From Eledone cirrhosa (lineage: Eukaryota): a DNA stretch of 64,000 nucleotides. Location: contig OZ024759.1 of NCBI GenBank assembly GCA_964016885.1, positions 4,526,001-4,590,000 of the forward strand. Direction: 5' to 3'. Below the pieces are notes generated by a model. It had not been told where the DNA came from. It saw nothing but the letters and a program-made list of their open reading frames with translations, and searched no databases. Below, piece by piece: positions 49,120 through 63,012 of the stretch. Numbering within the stretch: the stretch's first letter is position 1; the number at the start of each line of letters is the position of its first letter. The position numbers and the translations under genes are program-made.

Positions 49120-52100
49120 CTCAATGACAATGTCACAGATTAAGACAAATTCACCTCCTGCTGCAAGACGAGAATACAAGGACCCCTCTTTATTTCAGAC
49201 ACAGATGACCAACAAAATCCCGTCTCCCACACCCCTCCCTGCCCCTCCAACCCATCCATCCCACCCTCCCAACTTAGAGTTGGTACCATGAACGTAGGCA
49301 CATTGAAAGGTCGCTCAAATGAGGTTGTAGAGATGCTTGAACGTAAAGAAGTTGATGTTTGTTGTATTCAAGAGACTAGGTGGAGAGGGGGATCTGCCAG
49401 ATTCATCGTGGGTAAAAAACGATGCTATAAACTTTTCTGGGTGGGAAATGACAACGGACAGGGTAGTGTAGGAATTATGTTAGCTGAAAAATGGGTAGAT
49501 AAGGTAATTGACGTAAATATAGTGAATGACAGAATAATTAAATTAAGACTAGTTCTAAATAGAATTACTGTGACAATAATATCTGCTTATGCACCCCAAT
49601 CTGGTCTCCCTGATGTTATAAAGGACAGGTTCTATGAGATGCTAATGCACACTACCTCCCAAATAACCGACAGCGACTACTTAATTATTGCTAGCGATCT
49701 AAACAGTCACGTTGGACAACATAGTGATGGCTATGATGGAATTCATGGAGGCTATGGGGTTGGAAATAGAAATGAGAAGGGTTTCAGAATCCTGGAATTC
49801 TGTGATGCAAATAGCCTAACTATATGTAACACAAACTTCAAAAAACGTGAAAACCACTTGATCACCTATAGATCAGGGGAACACGCCAGCCAGATAGATT
49901 ATATCCTTACTAGAAGACGGGACAAAATGTCTGTTGTAAACTCTAAATCCCTCCCCCGTGAAGAATGCCCCTCCCAACATCGCCTAGTAGTTAGTGACCT
50001 CATAGCCAGGAATAGACGTACTCGACGACAGAGGAGGCCTACCTTGAGGAGAAGAATATGGAAGTTGAAGGACCCCATAGCCAGTGACAAATTTAAAAGC
50101 TTATTATTTGTTGCCTTTGACAATAAGGAAGAGCAATTAGAGACGTGCAATAGAGAGGAACAGTGGCAATCCTTGAAAGTGAACCTGCTGAAAGCAACGG
50201 ATGAAATCTGTGGCTGGAGCAGACCTATTGGCAGGAGGAGAGTAACTTGGTGGTGGAACAGTGAGGTGGAAGAGACAATCAAGGGCAAAAAGCAGGCTTG
50301 GAAAGAATGGCAGGATGGGGGGCGTAGAGAGCACTATCAAGTGGCCAGGAGAGAAGCTAGGAGACAAGTGTACCTTGCAAAAAGGGTAGCAGAGGATAGA
50401 AAGTTCAAGCATGTTCTGCAACGTGAGGACCAAAAACGTGAGGTGTTCAGGATTGCTAGACAATGTGTCAAGGAAAACCGTGATATTGTCGGGGAGAAGT
50501 GTGTCCGTAATGATAATGGTGTACTTGCGCTCACTGATACTGATAAGCCTGGAAGAGGCACTACGAGAGACTATTAAATGAGAAGAATAAATGGGAAAAA
50601 GATAGTCTGCCCCAAATCGATCCAATGGTGCAAGGTAAAGGTAGTATAATAAGTAAGGCAATCAAAGATATGAAGACAGGCAAGGCAGCTGGGCCTTTGG
50701 AGGTAGTTGCTGAGATGCCTTCAACATCTGGTATGGCGGGACACACTATGGTCACACGTATAGTTAACCAAGTAATACAGAATGGAGTCATACCGAAAGA
50801 CTGGCGTAGCAGCATCATCATTAACTGCTACAAGGGTAAAGGGGATGCTCTAGATAGGGGAAACTATAGAGGCATTAAGTTAGTTGACCAGGTCATGAAG
50901 ATCACAGAAAGAGTAATAGCGCAACTAATCAGAGAGCGAATTGATCTAGATGAAATGCAGTTTGGGTTTGTGTCAGGTAAAAGTACCACAGACGCTCTTT
51001 TCCTTGTACAACTACAAGAGAAGTACCTAGCTAAAAGTAAACCCCTCTACTTAGCTTTTGTAGACCTGGAGAAAACTTTTGACAGAGTCCCCCGCTCCAT
51101 TATCTGGTGGGCTCTTAGAAAACTAGATGTAGATGAATGGCTGGTGAGAGCTATACAAGCTATGTATAATGAAACAGTCAGTAAGGTTAGAATTAACAAT
51201 GAATATTGTGAAGAATTTAGTGTAAAAGTTGGCGTTCATCAAGGCTCTGTCCTTAGCCCCCTCTTATTTATTATTGCCCTTCAGGCTATAACAGAGGAGT
51301 TCAAGACCCGCTGCCCATGAGAACTCCTATACGCAGATGATCTAACGCTCATAGTTGAATCAATGGCTGAACTAGAGAAGAAATTCGAAACATGGAAGCA
51401 TGGCCTAGAATCAAAAGGCCTTAAAGTTAACTTGTCTAAGACTAAAGTTCTAGTTTGTAGAAAGGAAAATAGGGCACAGGTGCCCTCAAGGAAATGGCTA
51501 TGCTCAGTGTGTAGGAAAGGAGTAGGCAGAAATTCCATTTTATGTCCCAAATGCAAAGTATGGGTACATAAAAGATGTAGTGGGATCACAGGTAAACTAT
51601 CTCAGAACGTAGACTTTATATGTGGCCAATGCTCAGGTGCAATAAGTAGCAAGTGTCCAAAGGATACTAGCTCCTTCCATTGCCCAGATGGTTCTATAGA
51701 AATAGTAGACACTTTCCGTTACCTGGGTGACGAAATCAACAGTGGTGGAGGGTGTTCTGAAAGTACAGTAGCCAGAGTCAGAACGGGATGGAAAAAGTTC
51801 AGAGAGCTTATACCGTTGTTGGCCACAAAAGGTTTCTCTCTAAAAATGAAAGGCAGATTGTATGATGCCTGTTTCTCTCTAAAAATGAAAGGCAGATTGG
51901 TATGGCCATGTGATGCGCATTAAAGACGACAGTTGTATAAAAAAAGTGCAGGGCGATCAAAATTGATGGTAGTTACGGAGTAGGTAAACCCAGAAAAACC
52001 TGGGATGATCTGATAAATTCCGACCTTACATACTTACATCTCTCTAAGACAATGTCTCTGGACCGAGATCTTTGGTGCTATGCAGTAATACAGAAGACCC

Positions 52101-52477
52101 GCCTTGCCTATGTACAAAACGAAACCTACAGTCAGTAGGCACCTCTTAACCAAATATACACCCCAATCTACTACCCCTACCCTATCCTCCCACTCCCACC
52201 AACAGCATGAGAAAATGAAATCGAGTTCGTGTAGGTGTCACGGGAAAGAAAAAAAAAACACACAGTCCACGCTGTAATGTGGTCGTGTAGGTAACATGGT
52301 AAAAAGTTCCCAGTTCCACACTGTAAATGTGGTTGGTGTTAGGAAGGGCATCCAGCCGTAGAAAACCTGCCAGATAGTTCTATATGAGTGAGACACGGTC
52401 ACCCGACCAGCCTTGCCTCAACTCCCGTCTAACCCATGCTAGCGTGGAAAATGGACGTTAAACGAAGATGATGATGA
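49120..52477 (+). mobile_element. RTE-clade LINE, near full length, same family as 17403-21312
   Basis: ORFs 49288-50577 (APE), 50625-51320 (RT), 51363-51923; frameshifts and deletions; (GAT)n tail. Confidence 0.95.
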
Positions 52478-52489
52478 TATATATAGGAA

Positions 52490-52945
52490 AATGTATGACC
52501 TCGACAGTAGAGCTCAAGCCGTTTCGACGGCTATTTCTGGACTAAATTAGAATTTTTAGCCTGGTAAATAAATAGCCGAACTTTTCAAGGGGTACTTCCT
52601 TATATGGGAAGATTGTAGCTGTCAAGAGGATTGGTCAAAAATTCCTGGTAAACACAATTAAGTCTATCATGGCAGTGGGTGGGAGGTGGGGATGGCTGAA
52701 CTTGCCTGTAGAGCAAAGAGGGAGTGGGTGGAGCCGGTCAAGCGTTGAAAGTGAAATCTAAACAGCAAATTCTAAGGATTGTGTAAGAAAGTAGGCCAAC
52801 TTTCATACTTTCCACCATAGCGATTAAACTGCATACCCTGCTTTCCAGGTTACCCTTTGCCACTGATATATATATATTTATATATTGAGTACTCTGGTGC
52901 ATTATGGTCCTTCTGGTTCCTTACCACACCTCCTTTGTTATATAT
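52490..52945. mobile_element. Second fragment of the Penelope-like terminal repeat, with inverted tail piece
   Basis: 52498-52740 aligns with 47731-47990; 52882-52945 is the reverse complement of about 47632-47695. Confidence 0.6.
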
Positions 52946-52946
52946 A

Positions 52947-55900
52947 TACAACGGCGGCGAAGATTGGAAACCGAATCTGAGCTTTCCCACCTCTGGGACA
53001 AGCCATGGTAAGTTGTTTACGCTCAAGAGACTAACCCCCTGGGGGATGCTAAACACAGGTCAGAGGTGTTTAAGCCTGACAGAAAATAGGTCAGAGGATA
53101 TATCCATCTTTCTGAGTTGTTTACGCTTGGCAAACTAATCCCTTGGGAGACTCTAACCAAAGTTCAGAGGATATATCTATCCTTCTAACTTCAACTCTTA
53201 TAAATACAGGGGTTGTTTACGCCCCGACAGAAAAGAAGTGATATACAGACAAGACAAGTGGCCTTTACAAGCTCTCGTCACGAAATACCAGTCCGTCACT
53301 AATTTCCTCTCCTGCCTGGCTGATCGATACAACCACATATTCCGTTACAACTGGTGACCCCGTAAAACAGACACACAACTTCTGATCATCCACTACAAAC
53401 GATGTCTCTAGCACACGACGATTCATCTACGGCAGAAATGGCAGTGAGGGGGGCATTTACATTAAGAATTCCACCATTCTGGGTGCACGATCTAACACTG
53501 TGGTTCGCGCACATCCAAGCGCAGTTCGCATAATAACACACGACCCACCTGTCGCTGCACGACCTAGAAGGCTACCACCAGACCGGCTGAAGTCCGTCAA
53601 ACAAGAATTTCAGCACATGCTGGATCTCGGCATCATACGTCTGTCCTCACCCATACACTGTGTACCCAAGAAGTCGTCGAACGACTGGCGAATCTGTGGC
53701 GACTACCGTGCACTGAACAACTGCACCGTTCCTAACTCTTATCCAGTACCTCATCTACAGGACTTCTCTAGCTCGCTGCACGGGGCTCGCATATTTTCGA
53801 AGATCGATCTTGTCGAGCTTAACAATCAGATACCCGTTGAGCCCGCAGATATTCCAAAGACCGCAGTCACAACACCCTTTGGAATGTTCGAATTTCTGCG
53901 TATGCCTTTCGGTTTGCGAAATGCAGCGCAAACGTTCCAGCGATTCATCGATACAGTCACCAGGGGTCTACCTTTTGTATACGCATACATTGACGACTTA
54001 CTGGTGGCCAGCAGCTCCGACGAAGGACATGAGAAACACCTGGATCTCCTATTCACACGTTTGCGTGAATATGGAATTGTTATCAACCCCAGCAAATGTG
54101 AGTTCGGAGTTGCGTCCCTTCATTTTCTGGGACACATCATTGACAAAGATGGTATTTGCCCACTTAAGGAGAAAGTCAAATCCATCATTGATTTTCCACA
54201 ACCTATATCTCTCCGCAAACTGCGAGAATTTCTTGGCCTGGTAAACTTCTACAGAAGATTTATACCCCACTGTGCAGAGACAGCCCAACCACTCACAGAT
54301 TTGCTGCGGCAGCGTACAACCAAAAACGCAAACATCAAGCTTCGCTGAGTTGAAGAAAATGTTGTCCGAGGCTACAATGCTGAGTTACCCCAAACCTGAC
54401 GCCCCAATGTGTTTATTGACTGATGCATCCGATTTCGGAGTTGGAGGTGTGCTTCAACAACTCTCTGGCGATATTTGGCGACCTGTATCTTTTTTCTCTA
54501 AGCGATTAAAACCCGCCGAAACTAAGTACAGCACATTCAGTCGTGAATTATTGGCAGCATACCTTGCTGTCAAGCATTTTCGACACATGCTAGAAGGTCG
54601 TGTGTTCTCTATATACACCGACCACAAACCACTAGTGTACGCGTTCAATGCCAAGCCTGACCGACACTCACCCAGGGAGGTCCGACATCTGGACTTCATT
54701 TCTCAGTACACTACTGATATTCGGTACATTAAGGGTGCCACCAACTCAGCAGCTGATGCCCTATCGCGCATGGAGCTTAAGGCAATCCACACCACTGCCA
54801 CTATCGACCTCCAGAAGATTGCAGCGGATCAACAGAATGACGAGGAACTGCTGCAACTCCGGAAATCATCCTTGAAATTGAAGGAATGCCTGCTGCCCTC
54901 TTCTTCGGGTTATATTTGGTGTGACATCTCCACAGGCCGCGAGCGCCCATACGTGCCCCGGAAACATCGACGCGACGTTTTCTCGACACAGCATTCTCTG
55001 GCACATCCTGGCGTCTGCGCCACGCAGAAACTGATGGTTGCCCGCTTTGTGTGGCCCAACATCAACAAGGACACCCGCGAATGGGCTAGGAACTGCATCG
55101 CGTGCCAGAAGGCGAAAATTCACCGGCACATCAAAACCCCGATCGCTTCTTTCGCAACACCTGATGCACGGTTCCAACATGTGCATATAGACATAGTTGG
55201 ACCTTTGTCTCCTTCTCAAAACTACACTCATCTTCTCACCTGTGTCGACCGATTTTCTCGCTGGCCAGAAGCTTTTCCCCTGACGGATATTACTGCGGAA
55301 ACTGTTGCCAAAACGTTAGTGTTTCACTGGGTTTCGCGTTTCGGCACACCCGTGACCATCACTACGGATAGAGGACGTCAGTTCGATTCGAACCTATTTA
55401 CCGAGCTGCCTCGTCTCCTCGGGTGCAAACACATCCATACAACAGCGTATCACCCTGCCGCTAACGGCATGGTAGAACGCTTACACCGCCAGCTAAAATC
55501 ATCTATCAAGGCTTACGAAGACTCCACTAACTAGTTCGAATACCTCCCACTCATTCTTCTTGGTATTTGTTCCACTGTTAAAGAGGGAGTCGGACATTCT
55601 CCGGCTGAAATCGTGTATGGCACCGTACTCACTCTACCCGGACAAATGATCACTCCTGTTTCGCCACAAGAACTTCCAGACCCTACAAAATATGTGCACC
55701 GTTTACGGTCATCAATGTCGCATCTGTCTCCTTCAGCCCCTAAACAACAGCACGTTACTTCACACATACCAAAAGACATCGATACATGTTTTCGTTAGAA
55801 ATGACGGTATTCCATCGCAACTTCGTCCACCGTATTCCGTCCGGGCCCTACAAGGTGATACAGAAATGCCCTAAGTATTTCGTCCTCGACTTGAACGGGA

Positions 55901-57121
55901 AGCGAAATACCGTCTCCATTGATCGTTTAAAAAAAGCGTTCATAGAACAGGAATTGCCACCAGTACCCACCGTTTCTCCAGACTCACCAACAACTTTGCC
56001 CGACACAAACACGGCAAATATTGCACACCAAATCCGGAAGAACAGTCCGATGGCCCACGCCATGGGATACGTACAAGTTTATCGGGTAAGTACAAATTAT
56101 GCATCTGGTCGACATTTCGGCTAATTTGTACATTTCAACGAATCGGCCAATTTCTGTGGTCATGAACTACACACAAATCAATTAACTCTGTGCATCACCC
56201 ACATCAAAAGAACAGACAAAAGAACATTTTTCTGTTTCTATGAAATGAACAAACTTTTAATCAACAAACTTTTCGTACGAACATTTTCAATATTATGTAA
56301 CATCACAGTACATTTTCCTGAATGTAAATTTCTTTTGCTTTGCATGTTTTCTTCCATGTCTCCTGTTTGTAAATGACTTTCATGTGTTTTTTTATTTTTA
56401 CTGATTTTCTTCAACAACACACCTAGTCATACCTATCTTCATTTCACATGCACCTAGATCGTTCAATCTTAACTTGTTTACGCTCAAGAGACTAACCCCT
56501 TGGGAGAGGCTAAACGCAGGTCAGAGGTGTTTACGCCTGACAGAAAATAGGTCAGAGGATATATCCATCTTTATGACTTGTTTACGCTTGGCAAACTAAT
56601 CCTTGGGAGACTAACCAAAGTTTAGAGGATATATCTATCCTTCTAAATTCTACTCTTATAAAGACAGGGATTGTTTACGCCAAAAACAGAAAACAAGTGG
56701 GATACAGACAAGACAAGACGTTTTACAAGCTCTCGTCACGAAAAACCAGTCTATCACTTATTCTCACCTTCCTGGCTGATCGCTGACTCCTGCAATACAA
56801 ATAAGTAAATATACTGATACGCCGCACACACGCATTCATAGTGAGTCCAGCATTTGTACACGTATCATTCATTTCTGTTTACACGTATTATAATCGTATT
56901 CTGTGATATTTGAATTTACGTGGCTCGAAGAGCCACCAAATTATTGTATGAATATTTTGTGTCAATTATTTTATCATTCAATATTCAAATTGAATATTGT
57001 TGTAATAAAATAAACTTTGTAACAACACTCCTGGTATTTTTCTTTACACCGAAACCACCATACCAACAGTTACATCCATCCATCCACTTGTCGTTACAAC
57101 CACACATAATATTCCGTTACA
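52947..57121 (+). mobile_element. Ty3/Gypsy LTR retrotransposon (CsRn1-like), internally deleted
   Basis: LTR homology 53009-53349 vs 56470-57121, both ending ttccgttaca; PBS tggtgaccccg (tRNA-Trp-like) at 53352-53362; gag start PPFW...WF..IQAQF; RT YIDD, RNase H TDAS, integrase HIDIVGP/TDRG/NGMVER, GPY motif. Confidence 0.92.
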
Positions 57122-57856
57122 CCTCCGTCTATATTTCAACCACTGGAACAACCTCACACAAGAAACAGTTGTCGCACCCTCAGTCAACATTTTAATGTCA
57201 AACATCGAAATAAATGTTATGAGTGTATATAGATAGATGTATATTGTGTGTGTATATATACAGTAATCCCCCGCTATATTGCGGTTCACTTTTCGCGGTC
57301 CCGTTACATCGCGGATATTTCTTTGGAACGTATCTAATTTCCTATCGCGGTAATCCTCGCCACATCGCGGATTATTCGTTAGAACATATCTATTTTCTTA
57401 TCGCGGTACGTCTGAGTAAAAAGTGTTTAAAATTTAAACTTATTAAATAAGTTTCGATGTTATTAAAGAGTATATCGTAAGGAAGGGACATCTTAAGGCT
57501 TTAATTATGAACAAATTTTTATATTTTCATTCCATTATTGTTTTACTGATTGTGTTTTGCTCTAATCTACTACAAACCCTTCATAGATTGGTCTCTCTGT
57601 AACATGGTTGTTTCTGGAACGTATCATGGCTTAGTGGTTAAAGCATTGGGCTTGCAATCTAAAGGTTGTGAGTTCGATTCTCGGACAGGGTGTTGTGTTG
57701 TGTCCTTGAGCAAGACACTTTATTTCACGTTACTCCAGTTTACTCAGCTGTAGAAATGAGTTGTGATGTCACTGGTGCCAAGCTATATCAGTCATAACCT
57801 TTCTCTTGGACATATATATAGTGTATATATACTGTACACAGTGTATATATATCTAT

Positions 57857-59460
57857 ATCATCATCACTGTTTTACGTCCCTTCTTCCATGGTAGTATGGG
57901 TTAGACAGGTTGTCCTGTTGTGGGCAGTGCCAGATAGGGTGACCTTGTCTTGCTCAGATGGGAACCGATTTAGGCTTGATTTCCACAGCTGGATGCCCTT
58001 CCTAACACCAACCTCACAGTGAGTGATGGGTGTTTTTTTGTTGTGACACCTCCACGGCCACTTTACAGTGGGAGGGGGTGGGGCATATTGTCTATGTGCT
58101 TCAGCTTGTACCCAGGGGCTACAACACAACCTCCTCTGCTGCACACAGCATTTGATTCCTCTTATGTTCAGTCTCTCTCTCAATTTGTTAATGCTTTACC
58201 GTTCGCGTATATTACTATTACACGTCCATCGGAGCATGCAAGCTTCGTTTCTTTCTAATCTACGCAAGTCTTCTACAGACAGTGCCCAGGTCTCACTACC
58301 ATGTAGCATTGCTGTTCGTATGCACGTATCATACTGTCTGCCTTTCATTTTGAGGGAAAAGCCTTTTGCAGCTAGCAGTGGCAGTAGCTCCCTAAACTTC
58401 TTCAATCCTGTTACTGTACTTTCAGAACACCCACCTCCGCTGCTCCTTTCGCCACCTAGGTAGCAAAAGCTGTCTACTGTTTCTACAGATCTCTCCCAGA
58501 GTTTGGTGGTGCTTGTTTCTTTAGTTCTGCCATAGATTCAGCTATAAGTGTAAGATCATCCGCATATAGGAGTTCCTATGGGCATCAGGTCTTAAACTCC
58601 TCTGTTATAGCCTGCAATACTATTATAAACAGAAGAAGGTTAAGAACAGAGCCCTGGTGGACACCGACCTGTATGCTAGATTCCTCGCTATAGTAATTGT
58701 TAACTCTAACTTTGCTGACTGCTCCCCTATACATGGCTTGTACAGCTTTCACAAGCCACTAATCTACTCTTAGTTTTCTAAGAGCCCACCAGATTATAGC
58801 ACGGAGCACTCTGTTGAAGAATTTTTCCATATCGACAAGAGCCAGGTAGAGCGGCTTGCTTTTAGCTAGGTACTTTACCTGTAACTGCCTCACAAGGAAG
58901 AGAGCATCAGTGGTGCTTTTTCCTGGCACAAGCCCAAACTGCATCTCACCTAGTTTTACCCACTCCCTGATCAACTGTGCTATGACTCTTTCGATTACTT
59001 TCATGACCTGGTCCATCAGCTTTATATCTCTATAGTTTATTCTATCTAGTGCATCTACTTTACCCTTGTAGCAGTTGACGATGATGCTGCTGCACCAATC
59101 CTTTGGTATGACACCCTCTAGTATTACCTGGTTAACAATATGTGTGGTTATTACTTTATCTACCCATTTGTCAGCTAATAGTATACCTACACCACCCATC
59201 CCATTGTCATTTCCCACCCAGAAAAATTTATAGCACTAACTTTTGCCTACAAGGACTCTAGCGAACTCTCCTCTCCACCTAGTCTCTTGCACACAGCATA
59301 CGTCAATATCCTTTCACTCTAGCATGTCTATAATTTCTCCTTCCCTTCCTTTCATTGTGCTTATGTTGATGCTGCCAACTCAGAGTTTTGAACATTTGCC
59401 ATCATTTGTGGGAAAAGGTGAATTTTTGCAGGGGAGTGTGTATGCTTCCTGTCTCTGAAT
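57857..59460 (-). mobile_element. Third RTE copy with multiple internal deletions
   Basis: APE start fused to RT (LADKWVDKVITTHIVNQV), KFRELLPLLAAKGF, LERNEACMLRW. Confidence 0.85.
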
Positions 59461-59578
59461 TAAAGCTTTGCATGGGTGCTTGGTAACTCGCAGATTCATA
59501 TTCATTTATTTATTCGGGGTTGTTCCATTTATCCTTCGCTCCTCCATACATAACAGTAATCAAGTATACTTTGGTGCA

Positions 59579-60020
59579 GGGCTAGAAGGACAGTAGTAAT
59601 AATGGCAGAGTTTGTTGGGGCTGGTAAGGGCTAGAAGGACAGTAGTAGTAATGGCAGTGTTTGTTGGGGCTGGTAAGGGCTAGAAGGACAGTAGTAGTAA
59701 TGACAGAGTTTGTTGGGGCTGGTAAGGGCTAGAAGGACAGTAGTAGTAATGACAGAGTTTGTTGGGGCTGGTAAGGGCTAGAAGGACAGTAGTAGTAATG
59801 GCAGAGTTTGTTGGGGCTGGTAACGGCTAGAAGCACAGTAGTAGTAATGACAGAGTTTGTTGGGGGCTGGTAACGGCTAGAAGGACAGTAGTAGTAATGG
59901 CAGAGTTTGTTGGGGCTGGTAACGGCTAGAAGGACAGTAGTAGTAATGGCAGAGTTTGTTGGGGCTGGTAACGGCTAGAAGGACAGTAGTAGTAATGGCA
60001 GAGTTTGTTGGGGCTGGTAA
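59579..60020. repeat. 49-bp minisatellite, about 9 copies
   Basis: Unit gggctagaaggacagtagtagtaatggcagagtttgttggggctggtaa. Confidence 0.92.
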
Positions 60021-60907
60021 TGGGTAAGGACATGTTGCTGTGGTTTGATTGGTCAAATAGCCAATGGTAGTGAGTGGGAAATTGTGAGATAGGTAGCCAT
60101 CATGACAGGAGATTCGGGGGAAATAAGCAGATATAAGTAGGCTTATTAGACAAGGCAAGTATGCAAGAATTTCGAAGATTGTCACCTAGCTTTGAGAGAA
60201 AGGAGAGGTAATTGCAGGGGTTAGGGATGAGTTTGTAGAGAAAGACACAATGTCCAACATAGTTTATATCAAAAACAAGGTCGAAGTATATACATTGTGG
60301 AAACAAGTCAATGATAATAATAATAATAATGTAAACAGAACATTTTGAAATTGGGGAAGAGAGATAGCTGTAGAATAGAAATAATCTATGAAAGTCTGGG
60401 ATATAAGTTATATATATATGTTGTGATGTCACTTGTGCCAAGCTGTATCAGCCATTGCCTTTCCCTTGGACAACATATATAGCGTATAATATATATTGTA
60501 CACATCGTATATATACTATATATATTGTGTATATATACTGTAGACAGTGTATATATGATATATATATAGTATATATATATGTAGTGATGTAACTGGTACC
60601 AAGCTGTATCAGCCATTACCTTTCCCTTGGACAACATCGGTGGCGTGGAGAGGGTAGACTGGTATACTTGGGTGACTGCTGGTCTTCCTCAAACAACTGG
60701 ACTTGTGCCTCAGAAGGGAACTTTCTAGTTGCAAATCACATGGTCATTCTTGACCGACAGAGGTCTTCGATATGTTAGGTGTGTATATATAGATGTGTAT
60801 TGATGTCCATGTGGGAGTCATCGATACCAATGCTAGGGATGGCTGGTCTTCTATATTACTGTATAACACCAAAGATCTCGATCCTGTGTCATTGTCTTAG
60901 AGAAGTG

Positions 60908-62437
60908 CAATTGTGTGAGGTCAGCTGTTATCACCTCATCCCAGGTCTTCCTACTTCATATCTTCCATCAATTGTGTGAGGTCAGCTTTTATCACCTCAT
61001 CCCAGGTCTTCCTACTCCATAGCTTCCATCAATTGTGTCAGGTCAGCTATTATCACCTCATCCTAGGTCTTCCTACTTCATAGCTTCCATCAATTGTGTG
61101 AGGTCAGCTTTTATCACCTCATCCCAGGTCTTCCTACTTCATAGCTTCCATCAATTGTGTCAGGTCAGCTGTTATCAACCCATCCCAGGTCTTCCTTCTC
61201 TATAGCTTCCATCAATTGTGTCAGGTCAGCTTTTATCACCTCATCCCAGGTCTTCCTACTTCATAGCTTCCATCAATTGTGTCAGGTCAGCTTTTATCAC
61301 CTCATCCCAGGTCTTCCTACTTCATAGCTTCCATCAATTGTGTCAGGTCAGCTATTATCACCTCATCCCAGGTCTTCCTACTTCATAGCTTCCATCAATT
61401 GTGTCAGGTCAGCTTTTATCACCTCATCCCAGGTCTTCCTACTTCATAGCTTCCATCAATTGTGTCAGGTCAGCTTTTATCACCTCATCCCAGGTCTTCC
61501 TACTTCATAGCTTCCATCAATTGTGTCAGGTCAGCTTTTATCACCTCATCCCACGTCTTCCTACTTCATAGCTTCCATCAATTGTGTCAGGTCAGCTTTT
61601 ATCACCTCATCCCAGGTCTTCCTACTTCATAGCTTCCATCAATTGTGTCAGGTCAGCTATTATCACCTCATCCCAGGTCTTCCTACTTCGTAGCTTCCAT
61701 CAATTGTGTCAGGTCAGCTTTTATCACCTCATCCCAGGTCTTCCTACTTCATAGCTTCCATCAATTGTGTAAGGTCAGCTTTTATCACCTCATCCCAGGT
61801 CTTCCTACTTCATAGCTTCCATCAATTGTGTCAGGTCAGCTTTTATCACCTCATCCCAGGTCTTCCTACTCTATAGCTTCCATCAATTGTGTAAAGTCAG
61901 CTTTTATCACCTCATCCCAGGTCTTCCTACTTCATAGCTTCCATCAATTGTGTGAAGTCAGCTTTTATCACCTCAGACTAGGTCTTCCTACTCCATAGCT
62001 TCCATCAATTGTGTGAGGTCAGCTTTTATCACCTCAAACCAGGTCTTTTTACTCCATAGGTTCCATCAATTGTGTAAGGTCAGCTGTTATCAACCCATCC
62101 CAGGTCTTCCTTCTCTATAGCTTCCATCAATTGTGTCAGGTCAGCTTTTATCACCTCATCCCAGGTCTTCCTACTTCATAGCTTCCATCAATTGTGTCAG
62201 GTCAGCTATTATCACCTCATCCCAGGTCTTCCTACTTCATAGCTTCCATCAATTGTGTCAGGTCAGCTATTATCACCTCATCCCAGGTCTTCCTACTTCA
62301 TAGCTTCCATCAATTGTGTCAGGTCAGCTATTATCACCTCATCCCAGGTCTTCCTACTTCATAGCTTCCATCAATTGTGTCAGGTCAGCTATTATCACCT
62401 CATCCCAGGTCTTCCTACTTCATAGCTTCCATCAATT
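60908..62437. repeat. 61-bp minisatellite, about 25 copies, derived from an RTE 3' end
   Basis: Unit caattgtgtcaggtcagcttttatcacctcatcccaggtcttcctacttcatagcttccat; minus strand gives IDGSYEVGR / TWDEVIKADLTQL, continuing HFSKTMTQDRDLW in the flank. Confidence 0.92.
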
Positions 62438-63012
62438 TTATAAAATGCTTGAAAACAACTTAGAAAAAATGTTACTCAAAATCAAAATTTAATCCCAAAG
62501 AGAGGAAATTGGAACATTATCCACTGAAAGTTGCTTAACCCTTTAGTGTCCAAACCAGCCAAAACTGGCCAGAATTCTCTACCTCTTTCTGTTGAAACTG
62601 GCTGTAACTGGTCGCTCAGACTGATGTTAAGGTATTGTTCTCAAAATAAATACTTTCAAAATCTGATAGATTCAATATTATGTGAGATAAAGCCTTTACC
62701 ATGAAAATATAATAGTATATATAAAATAATGTGAATGCTAAAGGGTTAACCCTTTAACATTTAAACCGGCAATAACTGGCCAGAGTTCTGTCCTCTTTTT
62801 CTTTTTAAACCACTCGTAACTGGCCACTCATACTGATGTTAAAGTATTGTTCTCAATATAAATAATATCAGATTCGATATTATGTGAGGTAAAGACTTTA
62901 CCATGGAAATATAATAGTATATATAGAGTAATGTAAATGTTATGTGAGATAAAGACATTACCATGGAAATATAATAGTATATATAGAATAATGTAAATGT
63001 TAAAGGCTTAAA

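Noticed and set aside
21565-52593. Idea that all sense-strand hammerheads were inactivated by selection
   Set aside because: The sense copy at 31036-31101 looks intact and an antisense one (23452-23536) is decayed.
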